Below, piece after piece: positions 26,278 to 39,593 of a stretch of 64,000 nt of DNA. The notes under the pieces were generated by a model. The model saw nothing but the letters and a program-made list of their open reading frames with translations, was not told the origin of the DNA and did no database searches. Where the stretch lies: assembly GCA_964016885.1 (NCBI GenBank), contig OZ024763.1, positions 17,484,001 through 17,548,000 of the forward strand. The letters are read 5' to 3'. Position 1 is the stretch's first letter. Every line of letters starts with the position of its first letter. Source of the DNA: Eledone cirrhosa. Taxonomy: Eukaryota. Position numbers and translations under genes: made by a program.

Positions 26278-26514
26278 AAAAAAGATGAAATCGAAAATGC
26301 AACTTGAGTCTTTATTTTTAAAAATATATATATTTATTTGGTTCCTTTACCAGTTTTGCAGTTCTTCTGCTTTTCAAAAGTAGAGTTGAGATGGAGGGTC
26401 TGTGGTTTTTCTCACAGACCCTCAATCCGAAACTGGTAAAGGAACCAAATAAATATATATATTTAAAAAAAAAAGACTCCAGTTGCATTTTCGATTTCAT
26501 CTTTTTTCTTTATA
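26271..26514. repeat. ~85-bp-arm inverted repeat; spacer holds a hairpin and GAAACTGGTA (half hammerhead)
   Basis: Arms 26271-26356 and 26430-26514; gagggtctgtg/cacagaccctc stem. Confidence 0.8.
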
Positions 26515-26599
26515 CTTTTACTCGTGTAGGATACCTCGGTTATTTTTCATTTTGTAAAAAAAAACTTACTTTCTAATATATATATATATATATATATAC

Positions 26600-26965
26600 A
26601 TGGAAAGTTATATTTAAATTGTTGGGTTAACAACGAGTAAATATTTATAACTGATATAAAAGCACTCAACAAGTATTTGGAGTATATTTATGATATTAAA
26701 TAAATGGAAACTATATTTATAAAACCATATTTATTTCGTTATATATATTTCAGGGATATCATATTAACAATATGTTATGCCATCTTCAGACAAAATACAA
26801 TATAAACAGTCTTATAAATAAATAGATACGATATACCTTTCAATCACCTTGCATTTTTATTTATAAGACTGTTTATATTGTATTTTGTCTGAAGATGGCA
26901 TAACATATTGTTAATATGATATCCCTGAAATATATATAACGAAATAAATATGGTTTTATAAATAT
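26600..26965. mobile_element. Penelope-like remnant: ~110-bp-arm inverted repeat with a hammerhead in each arm (26733-26796 minus, 26882-26945 plus)
   Basis: attttgt-CTGAAGA-...-GAAATATATATA-acgaaat. Confidence 0.7.
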
Positions 26966-27120
26966 CATATATATATATATATATATATATGAATGTATGT
27001 ATAGTATATTTGGCAATATACTGTATGTCTAATTAAAAACATTTTGAAGACCTTGCGCTATTATTTTAAAGTAGTGACTATGTCACTTAATTCTTCTTTC
27101 AGCAAAGGAAGTGAGAGAAA

Positions 27121-27158
27121 CTGACAGATCTGTTTCACACTGTTGGTATTCCTCAGAG
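27121..27158 (-). ncRNA. Hammerhead motif with GUC site, inside inverted arms 26989-27071 and 27597-27681
   Basis: ct-CTGAGGA-atacCAACAgtgt-GAAACAGATCTGTC-ag. Confidence 0.65.
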
Positions 27159-27249
27159 CAACGTACTTGCCGACCTCTGCCGAAAATTATAGAGGCCGGA
27201 TTCTTATAGAATTCCAGTAATAATCATGAACTGAAAAAGAAGTTTAAAA

Positions 27250-27595
27250 TAATAATGATTTCTTTATTAACCACAAGGGTTTACATAAAGTAGACATTAA
27301 GGACAGTGCAGGACAATGCAGGACGGTACAAATGGGCATTTCTGCGTGTAAAAAACAAAAACAGAGGATGTAACAAAAAATAACAATGAAAATAACAATG
27401 AAAAATTCCCCAATAGGGGGGAGACTTCGGAGGGACATTTGTGGAGAAAGCCCAGTAAAAAGCCACAATGACCCTGACTACCAAGGCAAGTGCCCTCTCC
27501 CAGTTTTCCACCTTTAATTTACAGATATATACTCAGAGTAGGCCCATTCACTCGGGCCATTCTTGCTTCTCCCACCCATCTTTCAACAAAATGCT
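27250..27595 (-). mobile_element. Tx1/L1-like LINE 3' end
   Basis: FVERWVGEARMARVNGPTLSIYL*; ends aataaagaaatc(att)n. Confidence 0.6.
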
Positions 27596-27741
27596 GTTTA
27601 AAATAATAATGCAAGGTCTTCAAAATGTTTTTAATTAAACATACGGTATATTACCAAATATACTATACATACATTCATATATACATCGCTATTTCAGAGG
27701 ACCAATCCTAATATATATATATATATGAATGTATGTATTGT

Positions 27742-28030
27742 ATCATCATCATCATCGTCGTTTAACGTCCATCTTCCACGCTAGCATGGGTTTGGACGGG
27801 AGTTTTCCCACTTGAGGCAAGATTGGTTGTCCTGCTCGTATAGGACTGTCTGGCGGGTTTTCTACGGCTGGATGTCCTTCCTAACACCAACCACATTTAC
27901 AGTGTGGACTGGGAGGTTTTTACCGTGTTACCTACACGGCCACATTACAGCGTGGACTGTGTTTTTTTGTCGTGACACCTACACGACCTCATTTGTTTCG
28001 GACTGGATGTTGTGGTACCAACATAACTTC
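27742..28030 (-). mobile_element. SINE-1-related variant with a different RTE-type tail
   Basis: Shared ctggatgcccttcctaacaccaac block; similar copies at 28760-29110, 31538-31800, 45255-45440, 47200-47395. Confidence 0.75.
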
Positions 28031-28109
28031 ACATTTAAGGGGGTGGTGTGAATGGGGTGGGGGTAGTGGGATGGGGGGGGTGTATTTTGTTAAAGGCGCC
28101 TACTGACTC

Positions 28110-28420
28110 TAGGTTTCGCTTTTACTTAGGCAAGGCGGGTCTTCTGTATGACTGTGTAACGCCAAAGATCTCGGTCCAGTGACATTGACTTGGAGAGGTG
28201 TAAGTGTGTGAGGTCTGAATTTATCAGGTCGTCCCAGGTTTTTCTGGGTCTACCTACTCCGTGGCTACCATCTATTTTTATCGCCCTGCACTTTTTTATA
28301 CAGCTGTCGTCTTTCATGCGTATCACGTGACCATACCAACGTAGTCTTCTCTCGAGTAAACATCTGATCCTTCTTATTCCTAATTTCTCCCTTAGTTCGT
28401 TTATGCTTTGCCGTTCACGT
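28110..28420 (-). mobile_element. RTE LINE 3' fragment
   Basis: ERRLRWYGHVIRMKDDSCIKKC..GRPRKTW. Confidence 0.85.
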
Positions 28421-29123
28421 ATTTGGCAATATACTGTATGTTTAATTAAAAACATTTTGAAGACCATTCCCTATGAGTTTTAAAGTAGTGACTATGTCAC
28501 TTACTTATTCTCGGCAAAAGCAAAGGAGAGTAATTGACAGTCTGTTTCTCGCTTGTTAGCATTTATCAAGACCACTTACTCCTATATCATCATCATTTAA
28601 CATCCACTTTCCCTAACTAGGGTTGGACAAGTCAGTACCGAAGTGGGGATACTGACCTCCATATTGGAGGCATTGTGTCAAAAGTACAAACCATTTGTAT
28701 ATCATCATCATCATCATCTTTGTTTAATGTCCATCTTCCTCGCTAGCATCGGTTAGACGTCATCATCATCATCATCATCATCAGGTTTAGCGTCCGTGTT
28801 CCACGCTTGCATGGGTTTGGACGGGGGTTTTCCCACTTGAGGCAAGAGTGGTTGTCTTGCTCGCATAGGACTGTCTGGCGGGTTTTCTACAGTTGGATGC
28901 CCTTCCTAACACCAACCACATTTACAGTGTGGGGCTGGGAGGTTTTTACCGTGTTGCCTACACGGCCACATTACAGCGTGGACTGTCTGGCGGGTTTTCT
29001 ACAGCTGGATGCCCTTCCTAACACCAACCACATTTACAGTGTGGGGCTGGGAGGTTTTTACCGTGTTGCCTACACGGCCACATTACAGCGTGGACTGTCT
29101 GGCGGGTTTTCATATGTATATAT

Positions 29124-29261
29124 TCTGAGTTCAAATCCTGCTGAGGTTAACTTTGCCTGTCATCTTGCCGGGGTCAATAAAATAAAGTACCAGTAATGTA
29201 CTGGTGTCAATGTAATCTCCCTTCCTTCCATATTGCTGGCCTTGTATCAAAAGTAGAAACA

Positions 29262-29302
<41 letters not shown>

Positions 29303-30497
29303 ACACCTTTGCATCCTTACAGGGTTGATAAAATGAAGTACCAGTAATGCACTGGGGTTATTTTACACACCTTTATGTTCTGAGTTCGAATCCCGTTGAA
29401 GTTAGCTTTAGCTTTAATCTTTACAGGGAGATAAAATAAAGTACCAGTAATACACTGGGTTGATTTAATTGATTTTCTTCCCTCCTTCCTTCCTTCCTTC
29501 CCTTCAAATTGTTGGCCTTGTGTCAAATGTAGAAACCATTATTATTAATTTGTTTTTAATTGTCTTTCATCCTAATCACAGGGTCAATAAAATAAAGTAC
29601 CAGTAATACACTGGGGTAGATTTAATTGACTTCTTTTCCCTCCTTCCCTCCATATTGCTGGCCTTGTGGATTGGCAGTATTGGTAGAGGGTTGGATGCCA
29701 TGCTGTGCAGCATAGAGTTATGGCACTTTACGGTCTGAGTTCAAATCCCACCGAAGTTAATTTTGCCTTTCATCCTTACGGGGTCGATAAAATAAAGTAC
29801 CAGTAATACACTGGGGTCAATTTAATTGACTTTCCTCCCCTCCTTCCTTTCAAATTTAGAAACAATTATTACACACCTTTACATTTAGAGTTTAAATTCT
29901 ATCAAGGTTAGCTTACAGGGTTGATAAAATAAAGTACCAGTAATGCACTGGGGTTGGTTTAATCAAACTTTCTCCCTCCTTCCCTTCAAATTAGTGGCCT
30001 TGTGTCAAATGTAGAAACTATGACTAATAATTTGGGTCAATAAAATAACGTACCAGTAATACACTGGGCAGATTTAATTGACTTCCCTCCCATCCTTCCT
30101 TTCAAATTGCTGGCCTTGTGTCACTATTAAACACCTTTGCTGGAAAGCATGGTCGGACGCCATGCTTTCCAGCATAGTTACGTCCCTTTACGATCTGAGT
30201 TCAAATCCCGCCGAGGTTGACTTTGCCTTTCATCCTTACGGGGTCGATAAAATAAAAGTACCAGTAATGCACTGGGGTAATTGCTGGCCTTGTGCCTAAA
30301 GTAGAAACAATTATTAAACACCTTTGTGTTCTGAGTTCAAATCCCGCTAAAGTTAACTTCACCTTTCATCCTTACGGGGGGGGGGGGGGGGTCAATAAAA
30401 TAAAATACCAGTAATGTACTGGTGTCGATTTAATGAAACTTTCCCCCTCCTTCCCTCAACATTGCTGGCCTTGTGTCATAAGTAGAAACAATTATTC
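29124..30497 (+). mobile_element. Head-to-tail cluster of degraded SINE-2 copies
   Basis: gataaaataaagtaccagtaat motif recurs about 9 times. Confidence 0.8.
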
Positions 30498-30954
30498 TTT
30501 CTGATTTATCTATCTAAAAATTCATTTGCATTCACCTTTTTTTATGTTTGTTTTTGTTTGTTTCCAAAATATTTTTCCATGAATATTTACAATGAAAAAT
30601 TCACACACAGTTTTTTTGTTGTTTTTTTTGGGGCTGTGTTATTATATTTTATTTTGGTATGTGTTGTTTGTTTTGTTGTTTTTTTTTTTTTTTGTTTTTT
30701 GGGGCTGTGTTATTATATTTTATTTTGGTATGTGTTGTTTGTTTTGTTGTTTTTTTTTGTTGTTTTTTTTTACTGTTTGGCTTCCTTCTCTCACTCCGCC
30801 CCTTCTCTCCAGCCCCCCCCCAACTCCTCCCATCTCCTCTTTCTAACAGCAACACCACATCAGGCTCCGTTTCATTCTCCTCATAGATTTCTCTCACCCT
30901 TTAATAGGTATTTGTTCTGTCAAAAGCTATGACAATATTTTCCTTGGTATATAG

Positions 30955-31024
<70 letters not shown>

Positions 31025-31077
31025 ATGTATGTATCTTTGTATATATATATATATATATATGTGTGTATGTATGTATG

Positions 31078-31110
<33 letters not shown>

Positions 31111-31279
31111 ATACATATATATATATATATATCATCATCATCATCGTAATGAAATTAAGACCATAGTTTTTATATTCATCAGTCTCATATATTTATATAT
31201 ATATATGTGTGTATGTTTGTATGTTTATGGATATATATGTGTATATATATATGTGTATGTCTTTGTATGTTTGTATATG

Positions 31280-31344
<65 letters not shown>

Positions 31345-31439
31345 ATATGTATGTCTATATATATAAGTATATATATATATTTTTTTTTCATATGTATGTC
31401 TATATATATATGTGTATATATACATCTATATTTTTCATA

Positions 31440-32211
31440 TATATGTATGTGTGTTTATATATAAGTATATATGTGTGTGTGTGTTTATATATAAGTATAT
31501 ATGTGTGTGTTTATATATAAGTATATATGTGTGTGTGTCATCATCATCATCATCATCATCAGGTTTAGCGTCCGTGTTCCACGCTTGCATGGGTTTGGAC
31601 GGGGGTTTTCCCACTTGAGGCAAGAGTGGTTGTCTGGCTCGCATAGGACTGTCTGGCGGGTTTTCTACAGCTGGATGCCCTTCCTAACACCAACCACATT
31701 TACAGTGTGGGGCTGGGAGGTTTTTACCGTGTTGCCTACACGGCCACATTTACAGCGTGGACTGTGTGTTTTTTGTCGTGACACCTACACGATCTCATTT
31801 GTGTGTTTATATATAAGTATATATGTGTGTGTGTTTATATATAAGTATATATATATATGTGTGTGTGTTTATATATAAGTATATATGTGTGTGTGTGTTT
31901 ATATATAAGTATATATGTGTGTGTGTTTATATATAAGTATATATGTGTGTGTGTGTGTTTATATATAAGTATATATGTGTGTGTGTTTATATATAAGTAT
32001 ATATGTGTGTGTGTGTTTATATATAAGTATATATGTGTGTGTGTTTATATATAAGTATATATATGTGTGTGTGTGTTTATATATAAGTATATATATGTGT
32101 GTGTGTGTTTATATATAAGTATATATATGTGTGTGTGTGTTTATATATAAGTATATATATGTGTGTGTGTGTTTATATATAAGTATATATGTGTGTGTGT
32201 TTATATATAAG

Positions 32212-32244
<33 letters not shown>
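31440..32244. repeat. Minisatellite ttatatataagtatatatgtgtgtgtgt interrupted by a SINE variant (31538-31800)
   Basis: Direct reading. Confidence 0.85.
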
Positions 32245-32247
32245 CAG

Positions 32248-32324
32248 AGAATATGACATCCATCTCATTTACTATGTTCAAAAATTCATCTATTCAAGGT
32301 ATTCAAATTACCTTGAGACCAAAA
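32248..32324 (+). CDS. Possible 77-nt host exon
   Basis: cag acceptor after (TG)n, aaa|gtaagt donor, two open frames. Confidence 0.2.
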
Positions 32325-32373
32325 GTAAGTAATAAAAAAATATATAGAAATAAATGAGTAAATAAATAAATAA

Positions 32374-32405
<32 letters not shown>

Positions 32406-32533
32406 TTGTTTGTATTTATGTATATGAAAGAAATTGTTTTGCAAAAACACCATGCCTGGTGTCACTTCAAAAATTTACCATTTAAATGGTGAATAAAGAG
32501 TAACTAAGTTTACCAAAATTAAATACATACACA

Positions 32534-32596
<63 letters not shown>

Positions 32597-32603
32597 TATG
32601 TAT

Positions 32604-32641
<38 letters not shown>

Positions 32642-32700
32642 ATATATATATATATATGTATGTATATATATATATATATATGTATGCTTATATATATATG

Positions 32701-32751
<51 letters not shown>

Positions 32752-32807
32752 TTATGTATGCTTATATATATATGTATATATTTATATGTATATATATATA
32801 AATGTAA

Positions 32808-32838
<31 letters not shown>

Positions 32839-32909
32839 CTTATGTCTCATAACAAGAGCATACAAAATATTTTTTTGCATCTCTCATATATATATATATA
32901 TATATATAG

Positions 32910-33036
<127 letters not shown>

Positions 33037-33439
33037 TAAATAAGTACATACATATATATACATATATAAATAAGTACATACATATATATATATACATATA
33101 AATATATATACATATATGTATGTATATATATATATATATATATAGATATAGATAGATAATTTTTGCTAAATTTCCAGTATTATCTTTAGGTGTGGAATCA
33201 ATAGAGTGAAAGAAAGACAGAAAAAATTTTTATTTTTTCCATATAAACTTTACAGCAAAAAAAAAACGCCAGTTAAGCCTTAAAGCTAAATATTTCTTTT
33301 TTATTTAGATAAAAAACTAAATAAGAGAAGACATTTCTAAATTTATATTTTCAAGCCTTACAGCTAAAGTTGTATTTAAAGGTATTGTATAGATGGTACG
33401 GCTCTAATTAGCCCCGGTCGCTTGGAAAATATAGAATAA

Positions 33440-33975
33440 AATTAAATTTTAAGAATATATGTATAAGATAAATATATAATATAAAGAATATATATGTAAA
33501 AGATATATATAAAATAAAAAGAATATATATGTATATATATAAGATATATATAAAATATAAAGAATATATATCTAAAAGATATATATAAAATATAAAGAAT
33601 ATATCTATATAAAATATAAAGAATATATATATACAAGGAATATATATATAAAAGATATATATAAAATATAAAGAATATATATATAAAAGATATATATAAA
33701 ATATAACGAATATATATATAAAAGATATATATGAAATATAAAGAATATATATATATAAAATATAAAGAATATATATATACAAGATATATATAAAATATAA
33801 AGAATATATATATATAAAAGATATATATAAAATATAAAGAATATAGATATAAAAGATATATATAAAATATAAAGAATATATATAAAATATAAAGAATATA
33901 TATATAAAAGATATATATAAAATATAAAGAATATATATATAAAAGATATATATAAAATATAAAGAATATAGATAT
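33440..33975. repeat. AT-rich ~36-bp minisatellite
   Basis: aatataaagaatatatatataaaagatatatata units. Confidence 0.9.
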
Positions 33976-33977
33976 AT

Positions 33978-35100
33978 CTCAGCCGAAAAGAGGTAGTCAC
34001 GGTTCCGGGACAGCATTCTTCACCATATGAGATGTCATCTGGTGTACCACAGGGATCTGTTCTTGGTCCCCTTTTGTTTGTGGCATATATTAATGACATA
34101 GATGCCAACTTAAAGAATGCCACGGTACTGAAATATGCAGATGACATCAAGCTGTACCTTGAAATCAAAAGGACTGATCCTGAAATCTACAACTCTTTCC
34201 TACAACCAGACCTGGACACAATGCAGCAATGGATCACAGACTGGCAACTGCATTTTGGGAGGAAAAATCCAGCGTCCACATACTCCCTCCACAACACTAA
34301 TATCAAGAAGTCCTCTTGGGAACGTGACCTGGGCATTACTGTCAGCAGCGATTTGCGTTGGACAAAGCATGTCTCTAAGATTGTCAAGAAGGCTAAGGGT
34401 GTCTTGGCATCACTCAGCAAGACCTTTGTTAGCCGCTCTCCAGCCATCTATTTAAAGCTGTATACAGCTATGGTACGACCACACTTGGAATTCACATCAT
34501 CAGTCTGGAACCCCTATCTTGCTCAGAACATTGACCGCCTAGAAACTGTTCAGAGACATGCAACCAAGCGCATACCCTTCATCAGACACCTACCATACTC
34601 TGAACGCCTTGCTTCCCTGGATTCATTGAAGCTCCGACGTCTGGCAATGGACTTGGTAAACACCCACAAAGTTATTAACCATCTCGCCAACAACAACCCT
34701 GAGCACCTTTTTGATCTCCATGTGTCTAACACACGTGGACATGCCTACAAAGTCAGAAAACAGCACAGCTTCCATGACTTTCGGAAACATTTTTTCACGC
34801 TCAGAGTTGCTGAAGCATGGAACAAACTACCTGCATCAGTTGTTAGCTGTCGAGACCCTGCATCCTTTAAAACCTCCATGGAACAAACTACCTGCATCAG
34901 TTGTTAGCTGTCGAGACACTGCACCCTTTAAAACCCTCATGCTTCCCGAAATTCGCCAAAACTACACCTGATGTACCCCTTCCATACACATTCGCACGTG
35001 TATATCATGACTGATGCACTGTTCATTTTCCTGACGTTTGTACATTACCCATGAGTTGTAGTGCACCTGAGCACTGTACACAATATTTCATTATTATTAT
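33978..35100 (+). mobile_element. CR1-group LINE, 5'-truncated, reverse transcriptase C-terminal half
   Basis: SGVPQGSVLGPLLF, YADD, ERDLGI, VRPHLE, TRGH, FFTLRV..WNKLP; (ATT)n tail; ~61-bp duplication near 34820-34935. Confidence 0.92.
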
Positions 35101-35277
35101 ATTGGCAATATCGGTAGAGGCTCGGACATGCTTTCCAGCATAGTTACGTCCCTTTATGATCTGAGTTCAAATCCCGCCGAGGTCAACTTTGCCTTTCATC
35201 TTTACGGGGTCGATAAAATAAAGTACCAGTAACGTACTGGGTAATTGCTGGCCTTGTGCCAAAAGTAGAAACAATTA
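35101..35277 (+). mobile_element. SINE-2
   Basis: Homology. Confidence 0.85.
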
Positions 35278-35745
35278 TATGGTATAACCCACCATATAAT
35301 ATGGAGGTGGCCACACCATTAGCTAAGATCTTTCTCTCCCTTATTATGAAGCATTTTCCCCCAACACATAAATATAGTAAAATTTTTAATAGAAATACCA
35401 TTAAAATATCTTACTCTACAACTCCTAACCTTGCACATAACATCACAGCTTCAAATTTAGCTAAACTACCTAGCCGTAGGAACACGTGCAACCCTGTAGC
35501 TAGTACTAACTGTAATTGTAGGAATCGGGTTGATTGCCCCCTATCCGGGAAATGCCTCTCTAGTAACATTGTCTACAAATGTAAGGTTGAAACCCCCACG
35601 TCCCGTAGGGCCTACATAGGGTTAACTGCCAATAGATTCAAGCAGCGTCTTTACATGCACACCCATTCTTTTCTAAACCCTTTAAGAAGGAATATGACGT
35701 CACTTTCAGCTTATATCTGGAGTCTAAGAGACAACCACACCCAAT
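35274..35745 (+). mobile_element. Penelope-like element fragment (thumb/linker plus GIY-YIG endonuclease), Naiad-type
   Basis: IIWYNPPY, KIFNRNTIKISYS, CNCRNRVDC (CxCx5C), CPLSGKC, IVY..YIG, FKQR..H. Confidence 0.85.
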
Positions 35746-35849
35746 ATATATATATAAGATATATATAGATAATATAAAGTAGAAGGAAGCCTAGCAGGGT
35801 CGGTCTATCTACCCTCACCCCCCTAGAGCTACTAACGTACAGTATAAAT

Positions 35850-36087
35850 CTCTTATCATCATAGTTGTCATCTTTGTCATCATCATCATCATCATTATCA
35901 TCGTCATCATCATTATCATCATTATCGTCATCATCATCGTCATCATCATCATTATCATCATTGCTGTCATCATCATCATCATCACCAACTTCATTATAAT
36001 GATGATCATCATCATCAACATTGTCATCACCATCATTACCATCACCATCATCATCGTTGTTGTCATTGTCATCATCTCCATCATCCC

Positions 36088-36149
<62 letters not shown>

Positions 36150-36181
36150 CCATCTTAATCATCACCATCATCATCATCATA
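35850..36181. repeat. (CAT)n
   Basis: Direct reading. Confidence 0.95.
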
Positions 36182-36239
36182 TGGGTTGTACAAGTGATTC
36201 TGTGACAGTTATTTTTTATCGTATCAATGTCCAGCAAAG

Positions 36240-36378
36240 AGTTCCGGCCCTTTACGGTCTGAGTTCAAGTCCCGCCGAGGTTAACTTTGCCTTTCATCCT
36301 TACGGGGTCGATAAAATAAAGTACCAGTAATACACTGATTTAATTGCTGGCCTTGTGCCTAAAGTAGAAACAATTATT
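36240..36378 (+). mobile_element. SINE-2, partial (another at 37032-37152)
   Basis: Homology. Confidence 0.8.
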
Positions 36379-36506
36379 GTTGTCAGATCATACTTTACAG
36401 GGGTCATCTGAAAAATGAATAGGCAGACCAAGATACTCTCGTGGAATGACTAAATGAGGTTTATTTTCCAACATAGTCCTCGGAAAGAAACAATGCAATT
36501 ATTAAT

Positions 36507-36880
36507 AAGGGTTAATGTTTCAAATATTTGGTTTTATTTCATAGAACCAGAACCAGTTATGGCCACATGTTTAAAATGGGTGACTTTCTTTCATAGAACC
36601 AGAGCTGGTTTTGGCCAGGTTGGTAACTAAAGGGTTAATGTTTCAAATGGGTGACTTTATTTCATAGAACCAGACCTGGTTTTGGCCACATGGTTAACTA
36701 AAGGGTTAATGTTTAAAATGGGTGACTTTCTTTCATAGAACCAGACCTGGTTTTGGCCACATGGGTAACTAAAGGGTTAATGTTTAAAATGGGTGACTTT
36801 CTTTCATAGAACCAGACCTGGTTTTGGCCAGGTTGGTAACTAAAGGGTTAATGTTTAAAATGTTTGGTTTTATTTCATAG
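36507..36880. repeat. 71-bp tandem repeat containing the MITE end aactaaagggTTAA
   Basis: Motif at 36625, 36696, 36767, 36838. Confidence 0.85.
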
Positions 36881-36921
36881 ACCCAGTCGTCACTTGTTTG
36901 TTCAACACTCGCTTTGAGGAA

Positions 36922-36962
36922 CAATCAACATGTTTCTGGGTTATTACCCTTCATCAGAACTG
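36922..36962 (-). ncRNA. Minimal hammerhead motif; degenerate copy at 37647-37687 inside inverted arms 37549-37606 and 37696-37753
   Basis: cagtt-CTGATGA-a-GGGTaataACCC-a-GAAACATGTT-gattg. Confidence 0.65.
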
Positions 36963-37186
36963 TATACCTATCACCGGCACAGCACAGCTTCTAATCGAAC
37001 TCGTTTGTTTACAAACGAATCAAACATTCATTCTGAATTCAAATCCCGCCGAGTTTAACTTTGCCTTTCATGCTTACGGGGTCGATAAAATAAAGTACCA
37101 GTAATACACTGTGTAATTGCTGGCCTTGTGCCAAAAAGTAGAAACAATTATTTCTTAGAACCAGGGCCAGATGTGTAACTAAAGGG

Positions 37187-37397
37187 TTAACCCATTAGCA
37201 TTTAAGCCGGCCATATCTGGCCAGAATTCTCTCACCTCTTTTTGTTCAAACCAGCAGTAACCGGATGCTCATAGTGATGTTAAGGTATTGTTCCCAAAAT
37301 ATATAATATCAAAATCTCATAGATTTGATATTATGTGAGATAAAGTGTTTACCGTGAAAATACAATAGTAAATATGGAGTAATGTAAATACTAAAGT
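37187..37397 (+). mobile_element. piggyBac-like MITE
   Basis: Family termini TTAA|CCCTTTAGCATT ... AAT(A/G)CTAAAGGG|TTAA. Confidence 0.75.
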
Positions 37398-37772
37398 AAG
37401 TATGCATGCGTACACACATATATATTATATATATATATATACATATCTGTATATATATATATATATATACATATCTGTAGATATATATACAGACACACAT
37501 ATAAATATATATACATATGTGCGTATGGATTATATTAGACATTAATAATAATGTTCGATTCATTTGTAAACAAACCAGCCAGATTAGAAGCTATGCTTTC
37601 CCGGTGACCAGTCATGACTGGTTTGTTCAACACTGGCTTTGAGGAACAATCAATATGTTTCTGGGTCATTACCCTTTATCAGGACTGTATAGTTCTCACC
37701 GGCACGGCACAGCTTCTAATCGGATTCGTTTGTTTACAAATGAATCAAGCATTATCTCCTTATAATATATAA

Positions 37773-38348
37773 TCTATATATATAAAACTGAGGATGTCTG
37801 TGTGAGTATCAATCCCTAAAACTAGAGAAGCACCCAACCGACTGTTTTCAAACTTTACACATGTAATACTTATGTTTCAGGGAGTGTTCTGAGCAAAAAG
37901 AATTTCAAATTTTCAATGCCCTAGGGACAGCATTAGGCGATTTAGCGATCTCTCTCTATAATTCTTAGTCTTTCTCTTTTTAGATACATACATATAACGT
38001 CGCGCCCTTATAATATGTCTGTATGTCTGGCTGTCTGCATTACGTCACTTCCCACAATTCCCTCTCTGTCCAGAACGCGCCCTTATAATATCTGTCTGTA
38101 TGTATGGCTGTCTGCTGCCTCCGGTTATTCTGCCACCCTTGCTCAAGACAAATCTCACACTCATTCCCCAAACAGTTGGTAAGTGCACACAACTTCTTCC
38201 TCACGTTTTAAGCCACAGTGTTGCTTACTTACGTACCACCAGACCCTTACTTCTTTGCCAGCCGTGGTTGTGGCAATACTAAGCTTAGCTAAAGCGGTTA
38301 TATATTTCACAATACCTTATCCCGTGCAATCCAGGGTACCACTGCTAG
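37773..38348 (+). mobile_element. Complete non-autonomous Helitron
   Basis: A|TCTATATATATAAAA start; cccgtgcaatccaggg hairpin; CTAG|T end. Confidence 0.8.
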
Positions 38349-38391
38349 TTATTAATATTGAATATAACCCATACATACGTAGGTATATGTA

Positions 38392-38455
<64 letters not shown>

Positions 38456-38534
38456 CTATGTATATTATATATATTATCTATGTATATTATATATATATTA
38501 TATATATATTATATATATATATATATATACAGAT

Positions 38535-39505
38535 ATCATCATTATCACTGTTTTACATCCATTCTTCCACGCTAGCATGGGTTAGACAGGTTGTCCTGTT
38601 GTGGGCAATGCCAGGTCAGGTGACTATGCCTTGCTCATACAGAACTGATTTTGGCTTGATTTCTACAGCTGGATGCCCTTCCTAACACCAACCTCGTTTA
38701 CAGTGAGTGCTGGGTGCTTTTTTACCGTAGTGCCTACACGACCACTTGACAGTGTGGACTAGGTGCTTTTTGTCGTGACACCTACACGACCACTTTACAG
38801 TGTGGACTGGGTGCTTTTTGTTGTGTCACCTACACGACCACTTTACAGTGTGGACTGGGTGCTTTTTGTTGTCACCTACACGACCACTTTACAGTGTGGA
38901 CTGGGTGCTTTTTGTTGTCACCTACATGACTACTTTACAGTGTGGACTGGGTGCTTTTTGTTGTCACCTACACGACCACTTTACAGTGTGGACTGGGTGC
39001 TTTTTGTTGTCACCTACACGACCACTTTACAGTGTGGACTGGGTGCTTTTTGTTGTCACCTACACGACTACTTTACAGTGTGGACTGGGTGCTTTTTGTT
39101 GTGTCACCTACACGACCACTTTACAGTGTGGACTGGGTGCTTTTTGTTGTCACCTACACGACCACTTTACAGTGTGGACTGGATGCTTTTTGTTGTGTCG
39201 CCTACATGACTACTTTACAGTGTGGACTGGGTGCTTTTTGTTGTCACCTACACGACCACTTTACAGTGTGGACTGGGTGCTTTTTGTTGTCACCTACACG
39301 ACCACTTTACAGTGTGGACTGGATGCTTTTTGTTGTGTCGCCTACATGACTACTTTACAGTGTGGACTGGGTGCTTTTTGTTGTGACACCTACGCAACCA
39401 CTTTACAGTGAGGGGGTGGGGGCATACTGTATATATGCATCAGCTTCGGCTTGTAACCATGGGATGTCGAGTCTTCTGTACTACTGTGTGACACCAGAGG
39501 TCTCA
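38535..39505 (-). mobile_element. SINE-1 long variant with internal 46-48-bp unit amplified about 14 times
   Basis: Unexpanded copies at 49177-49515 and 52970-53340. Confidence 0.85.
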
Positions 39506-39593
39506 TATATATATGTGTATGTACTTATGCATACTTACTTTTACGTATCAGCTGTGCTAGAGTGAGAAATAAGATTCTTATTTTATTTTTATA

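Noticed and set aside
35256-35276. Start of the 170-aa ORF as a real initiation site
   Set aside because: It lies in the SINE-2 tail fused to the PLE fragment
38760-39410. CRISPR-like appearance of regular repeats (also 17362, 19423, 40387)
   Set aside because: No unique spacers, no cas genes, eukaryotic context; units derive from transposons
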